Source: a virus
Taxonomy: Duplodnaviria; Caudoviricetes
Direction: 5' to 3' (one strand)
DNA length: 25,017 nucleotides
IMG/VR virus record: IMGVR_UViG_3300042890_006720
Location: 1-25,017 of that record
Shown: piece by piece, positions 20,451 through 25,017 of the stretch
Position numbering within the stretch: the stretch's first letter is position 1
Layout of the letters: every line of letters begins with the position of its first letter
Made by a program: the position numbers and the translations under genes
The notes under the pieces: generated by a model
The model's database searches: none
Told to the model about the DNA's origin: nothing
Seen by the model: the letters and a program-made list of their open reading frames with translations, nothing else

Positions 20451-20831
20451 ATGGAATGCACTTCATGCGGTGAAAATTGTCCTTTCGTAAAGGCAAAGTT
20501 ATGTTCTTCGGAAAAGGATTGTCCCAATTATCTGGAGTCCTGGTGGCAAGAAAATGGGCAGGGTCAACCAAAAATTATCAAAGATTGCGCGCCTAAGCGA
20601 TTACTTATCCAGCAACAAACTGAAGTGAACCGCATTTTTGCACTCCAGCAGTCTATAGAAGAAATGAGAAACAGGTTTCTTATCCTCGAAAGCTCCCTGA
20701 TACAACTCATTGCTCAAAGTCAAGAATACATCACCCAAGAAATCAAACTATTAGAATCCCCAAAGAAGACACCTAACAGACTCAAACCTGAATTAAAGCG
20801 TATAACGACGAGTTCTAAAAAAAACGAATAG
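20451..20831 (+). CDS. Cys-rich / coiled-coil hypothetical protein, possibly fibre-associated
   Basis: Six Cys in the N-terminal half (CTSC, CP, C, CP, CA) followed by a coiled-coil-like segment. Confidence 0.65.
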   Translation: MECTSCGENCPFVKAKLCSSEKDCPNYLESWWQENGQGQPKIIKDCAPKRLLIQQQTEVNRIFALQQSIEEMRNRFLILESSLIQLIAQSQEYITQEIKLLESPKKTPNRLKPELKRITTSSKKNE

Positions 20832-20875
20832 CTTTCATGAAATTCGTTTAAAAAAATAACAAGAGGGATAGAAAA

Positions 20876-21544
20876 ATGGCTCACAATTCATCAGTCAACC
20901 TAGATATCTCTAACCTATCGGTTGGATTTAGCATTGGTGGTGGTACCACCAAAAGAACTGTCACACATAATGGTAGTGGAGATTTCACTCTCACCAACCA
21001 ATTTGCTGGTGCAGGCGTTTATACATTCCCAAATAGAGCAGCAGATACCTTAATAGGTTTTGCAGATTACACCGCGAAGGGGGTTATCCTTGTCGGCACA
21101 GGAGTAGGTACTTTTACCCCTTTGACTGTTGGAACAGATAATTTTGTTTTAACAGCCGACTCTTCTCAAACTTCAGGTATTAAATGGGCAGCTTCATCGG
21201 GTGGCAGTGGTGGTGTTACCTCCTGGGTAGACGTCACAGGCACTTCTCAAGCAATAGCTGTTAATACCGGCTATATCGCTGATAATGCCTCTTTATGCAC
21301 TCTGACCCTTCCAACAACAGCAGCACAAGGAACAGTTTTCAGAATAGCTGGAAATGGTGCAGGTGGTTGGTTATTGGCACAAAACGCATCCCAAACAGTT
21401 AAATTTGGAAATGTGGCAACAACTGCTGGAGTTGGGGGAAGCCTAGCTTCGACAGATTCTGGAGATGCTTTAGAGTGCCTTTGCGTAGTTGCCAATACGA
21501 CATGGAGAGTTCTAAGTTCAGTCGGAAACTTGACCGTCGTATAA
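20876..21544 (+). CDS. Putative fibre / baseplate appendage protein
   Basis: KG.ILVGTG.....L.VGTD..VLTADS....G.KW fibre repeat and a C-terminal TLTLP..A..G....I.G.GAGGW domain resembling T4 gp9/gp10-like adaptor domains. Confidence 0.62.
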   Translation: MAHNSSVNLDISNLSVGFSIGGGTTKRTVTHNGSGDFTLTNQFAGAGVYTFPNRAADTLIGFADYTAKGVILVGTGVGTFTPLTVGTDNFVLTADSSQTSGIKWAASSGGSGGVTSWVDVTGTSQAIAVNTGYIADNASLCTLTLPTTAAQGTVFRIAGNGAGGWLLAQNASQTVKFGNVATTAGVGGSLASTDSGDALECLCVVANTTWRVLSSVGNLTVV

Positions 21545-21577
21545 ACTCGTGTTTGAAATATTTTAAAGGAGAAATTG

Positions 21578-21877
21578 ATGAGCAGTAGATATGCAGTCAT
21601 AGATCAAAATAATGTGGTTACCAATGTCATTATGTGGGATGGAGTGACTCAATGGAAACCGCCAGCAGGTTACGTGGTAAAAGAAACCCAGGAAGCTGCA
21701 ATGGGAGATATCTGGATGGAAAACTTACAGGATTATGTAAGACCTCTTTCTATTATGAAACCTCCTGAGGATGATACCAGCAAAGCTGAGAGAGAAGCCG
21801 CCTATAACGAAGCTAAAGCACGGTTAGCAGCAAGTATTTTATCTGTAAATTTACAAGGAGCGTTAGAGTCCTTCTAA
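21578..21877 (+). CDS. Putative tail fibre assembly / chaperone protein
   Basis: YAVI....V.NVIMWDG...W.PP.G...GD.W motif; AAGGAG RBS; adjacent to Gly-rich fibre genes. Confidence 0.62.
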   Translation: MSSRYAVIDQNNVVTNVIMWDGVTQWKPPAGYVVKETQEAAMGDIWMENLQDYVRPLSIMKPPEDDTSKAEREAAYNEAKARLAASILSVNLQGALESF

Positions 21878-21893
21878 CGAATAAGGAGTACTT

Positions 21894-22769
21894 GTGGCCA
21901 CAAATAATGCTATAAACGGTTCCATTAAGATCACAACTTATACTTCTAGTTCTGGAACATGGACAAAGGACTCTCGTACGAAGTGGATAGAAGTATTTTT
22001 ATGGGGCGGAGGTGGTGGTGGAGCTTCCGGAAGAAAAGGAACTAGCGCTTCATCTTCCGGAGGTGGCGGTGGTGGTTCTGGAGGCTCAGGATATTTTGCA
22101 GCTCCTTCTTCATTTTTTGGATCCACAGAGTCTTATACAATTGGAGCTAGCGCTGGTGGAGCAGTAGCCCAAACCGTAGATGCGACAAATGGTAATAATG
22201 GAACTACCGGAGGTAATACAACATTTGGAAATATGATAGCTGTTGGTGGAGGTGCGGGCCAAGGCGGAGGAACTTCATCAGGTATCAATGGTGTCGGTGG
22301 AGGATTAAACACTTCGTATGCTATTTCCTCCGTTGTAACTAATCCTGGTGGTGCTGGAAGAAATACCGCAGGAGATACAACAGCAGCAGTAATTACTTTT
22401 TCACCTACAGGAGGTGGCGGTGGAGGCGGGGGCGATACTGTTACTGCAAGATCTGGAGGAGCTGGTGGTGCAATTACTAATTCAAATGGTGTTACTTACG
22501 TAGCCGGCGGAACCGCTGGCATAGAAACAGGCACGCTAAATGGAGGTAATGGAAATCCTTCTGTGACTAGTGGTGGGTTAATTTGTGGTGGTTCTGCTGG
22601 CGGAGGCGGGGGTGGGGCAAAAGCTGGAACGACAGGTGGAACTGGCGGAAATGGAGGTAATCCTGGAGGTGCTGGTGGTGGCGGAGGCGGTGGAATATCC
22701 GCACAAGCCAATTCAGGAGCTGGTGGTGCGGGCTCCGCTGGTAAAATAATAGTCATCGAGCACTTCTAA
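21894..22769 (+). CDS. Glycine-rich domain protein, paralog A (putative receptor-binding)
   Basis: GTG start with AAGGAG RBS; SGTWTK, V.LWGGGGGG, GG.T.FG, G..G.IIVIEHF motifs. Confidence 0.8.
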   Translation: MATNNAINGSIKITTYTSSSGTWTKDSRTKWIEVFLWGGGGGGASGRKGTSASSSGGGGGGSGGSGYFAAPSSFFGSTESYTIGASAGGAVAQTVDATNGNNGTTGGNTTFGNMIAVGGGAGQGGGTSSGINGVGGGLNTSYAISSVVTNPGGAGRNTAGDTTAAVITFSPTGGGGGGGGDTVTARSGGAGGAITNSNGVTYVAGGTAGIETGTLNGGNGNPSVTSGGLICGGSAGGGGGGAKAGTTGGTGGNGGNPGGAGGGGGGGISAQANSGAGGAGSAGKIIVIEHF

Positions 22770-22781
22770 AAAGGGGTAAAT

Positions 22782-23654
22782 ATGGTTTTACGCAATAGTA
22801 TAAATGGTTCAACTAAAGTCTCTACCTTTACTTCTTCTGGAACATGGACCAAGGACTCTCGTACCCAGTGGGTTGAAGTATTTTTATGGGGTGGAGGCGC
22901 TGGCGGGGGTTCTGGGAGAAAAGGATCTTCTACAGTATCTTCAGGTGGGGGAGGAGGAGGTTCTGGAGGAGCAGGATACTATACGATTCCTGCTTCTTTT
23001 TTTGGTGATACCGAATCATATTCAGTGGGAGCATCTGCAAATGGTGGTGTAGCACAAACCACAGATAACACAAACGGTAATGCTGGAACATCGGGGAATA
23101 ATACAACATTTGGAAATTTGATAAGTGCTGGTGGAAATCCTGGAAATGCAGGGACAACTACTAACACTTCCGCTTCTTCTGGTGGTAATTTATTCACTGA
23201 ATTTGCTCCTTCGATTGCTGCTAGCACGGGTACTGGTGGAACTATAGCTTCATCAACTAGCGTACAAGCAGTAGTAGGTAATATATTACCTACTGGAGGG
23301 GGCGGTGGTGGTGGCGGAGATACGGGCACTGCAAGATCTGGGGGATCCGGCGGTAATATTACAAATGCAAATTCTATTGTGAAGATAACCGGTGGGTCCG
23401 GAGGAATAGAAACAGGAACCCTAAACGGTGGTAATGGAAGTTCTGCTCTTACGACCGGAGGTTTAGTTAGTGGTGGTACTGGTGGTGGAGGCGGTGGCGG
23501 AGCAAAAGCTGGAACGACAGGAGGAATTGGCGGAAATGGAGGTTTCCCTGGTGGTGCCGGTAGTGGCGGTGGTGGCGGAATATCAGCTCAAGCCAATTCA
23601 GGAGCAGGTGGCATAGGTGCCGCCGGAAAAATAATTATTATTGAGCATTTTTAA
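22782..23654 (+). CDS. Glycine-rich domain protein, paralog B (putative receptor-binding)
   Basis: Colinear tandem paralog of 21894-22769 with the same motifs. Confidence 0.8.
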   Translation: MVLRNSINGSTKVSTFTSSGTWTKDSRTQWVEVFLWGGGAGGGSGRKGSSTVSSGGGGGGSGGAGYYTIPASFFGDTESYSVGASANGGVAQTTDNTNGNAGTSGNNTTFGNLISAGGNPGNAGTTTNTSASSGGNLFTEFAPSIAASTGTGGTIASSTSVQAVVGNILPTGGGGGGGGDTGTARSGGSGGNITNANSIVKITGGSGGIETGTLNGGNGSSALTTGGLVSGGTGGGGGGGAKAGTTGGIGGNGGFPGGAGSGGGGGISAQANSGAGGIGAAGKIIIIEHF

Positions 23655-23894
23655 TCACATTGAGGTCTAGATGAAATAATAAATAATTAGACAAAACAAA
23701 TTTATTGAAAAATTAAAGGTAACCAAATTTTTGGGAAATTATGCATTTTATAAAAAATCAGCAATTAAATTTATTTAATAAACTTAATTAAAAAACTGAT
23801 TACTGAATAGTTGAAAACACCAACAGTCATTCAACTATATTATTTACAACTTTGTCTATAAATTAAATCCTAGGCCCTGTGAGGAGAAGAATTC

Positions 23895-24563
23895 ATGGCA
23901 ACAAACAATTCTGAGAATAATACGCTCTATAAAGCTAAAATTATTTCTTCAGCCACCGTCAACCAACCAACAGTGTCTAGTGATGTTTGGTATCAACTCT
24001 CTATAGCTACAAGTCGTTCTTACGCAATAGGAGTGGATTTTTCCGATTCTAATAGACTAAAAATCACCCATGCAGCAAGCGGAACGATTGATCCTTCCTC
24101 TGGAAGCACAATTTTAACAGCCGACCCCACAACAGGGAATATTTGGTTTTCTGGAATATCGTTTAATTCAGGAACAAACATCCTGTCAAATTTTTCAGAA
24201 GGCACATTCACCCCGACTTTGACTGGGGCAACCACAGCGGGCTCTGGGGTTTATTTTTTTCAATTTGGCTACTACCAACGAATAGGAAATACTTGCCATA
24301 TTGTTTACAATTCATCCACCCAATCTAATTCTGGAACTGGACTAGTCAATATTGGAGGGCTTCCGTTCACAGTAAGGAATGATGGTTTAGGAGTAGGGCA
24401 GACAACTGCTGGTTTATATAGGGTGGTAACCAATCAATTGGTTGAAAGCATCCAAGCTCAAATCGCATCGACAGTATGCCGTGCCTATGCTTACAACGCA
24501 ACTGCTCAAGATTCTGTAGCCGGCAATGTTGGTTATCAATTTATGATGAGTTATTTTATCTAG
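23895..24563 (+). CDS. Putative fibre / receptor-binding protein
   Basis: GAGGAG RBS; C-terminal EGTFTPTL...GYYQRIGN....GGLPF beta-sandwich motif common at phage fibre tips. Confidence 0.68.
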   Translation: MATNNSENNTLYKAKIISSATVNQPTVSSDVWYQLSIATSRSYAIGVDFSDSNRLKITHAASGTIDPSSGSTILTADPTTGNIWFSGISFNSGTNILSNFSEGTFTPTLTGATTAGSGVYFFQFGYYQRIGNTCHIVYNSSTQSNSGTGLVNIGGLPFTVRNDGLGVGQTTAGLYRVVTNQLVESIQAQIASTVCRAYAYNATAQDSVAGNVGYQFMMSYFI

Positions 24564-24573
24564 GAGAAAAAAA

Positions 24574-25017
24574 ATGAACTACTATGAAGCTCAAGAATTT
24601 TTTAAAAGCATTTACCCTGGCAAGCAAATCTCGTTTGATTTCGATGCGAAATGTTACGGATCGTTAGAAATCGTTCACACTGATGGGTCGCCAAATATTT
24701 TACATCACATCGAATCAACTAAAATTTTAGTTTCTGTGGAAGGGATGGATCCTTTTTATACACCCATTGTTCCCCATCGAACATTAGTCACTTGGCAGGC
24801 TGTAAAAGGATTTATCAACTCTCACACAGATGTTGCAATCCCCCCTGCAAACCTAGAAACACTTGCTACTTTAAAAAATAATGCCGACCCTAATTATCAA
24901 GTTTGCTTAAATGAACATGCCTTAATGTCCGGGCTAACACCCGAACAAATAGACAGCAAAGTCATAAGTTATGATTTAAAAATGAAAGAAAAATTAGCGA
25001 TAGCTTCAATCCAATAG
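24574..25017 (+). CDS. Hypothetical protein
   Basis: 147-aa ORF with AGGAG RBS; no motif recognised. Confidence 0.7.
   Translation: MNYYEAQEFFKSIYPGKQISFDFDAKCYGSLEIVHTDGSPNILHHIESTKILVSVEGMDPFYTPIVPHRTLVTWQAVKGFINSHTDVAIPPANLETLATLKNNADPNYQVCLNEHALMSGLTPEQIDSKVISYDLKMKEKLAIASIQ

Noticed and set aside
21938-23329. Proline-rich minus-strand ORFs (21938-22126, 22496-22756, 22979-23329)
   Set aside because: Poly-Pro is the reverse complement of the GGN glycine codons in the Gly-rich genes.
21894-24563. Diversity-generating retroelement or invertase-driven fibre switching
   Set aside because: No reverse transcriptase or invertase in the window, no adenine-specific template/variable repeat pair, and all fibre genes share one orientation.

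Overview
The window holds a class II Fic-family AMP-transferase gene (1-1047), a ~510-bp repeat- and palindrome-rich intergenic region, and then an apparently intact, single-strand (+) virion morphogenesis module of a contractile-tailed (myovirus-type) phage or phage-derived particle. Gene order is portal (DUF1073-like), gp7/Mu-F head protein, DUF2213 protease/scaffold, decoration protein, DUF2184 major capsid, neck proteins, DUF3383 sheath, DUF3277 tube, tail chaperone with a -1 frameshift site, a very short tape measure, baseplate genes, and a modular fibre/receptor-binding cluster. No terminase, integrase, lysis or replication gene is visible; the Fic gene and the repeats sit where terL usually is. 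The most striking observation is one ~90-aa domain inserted four times into three different structural proteins (decoration, sheath, baseplate J twice), twice nested inside a second shared domain. Four fibre-like genes also share an N-terminal M-x-x-(N/R)-(N/S)-(A/S)-x-N motif. All family assignments come from motif recognition and synteny, not database searches.
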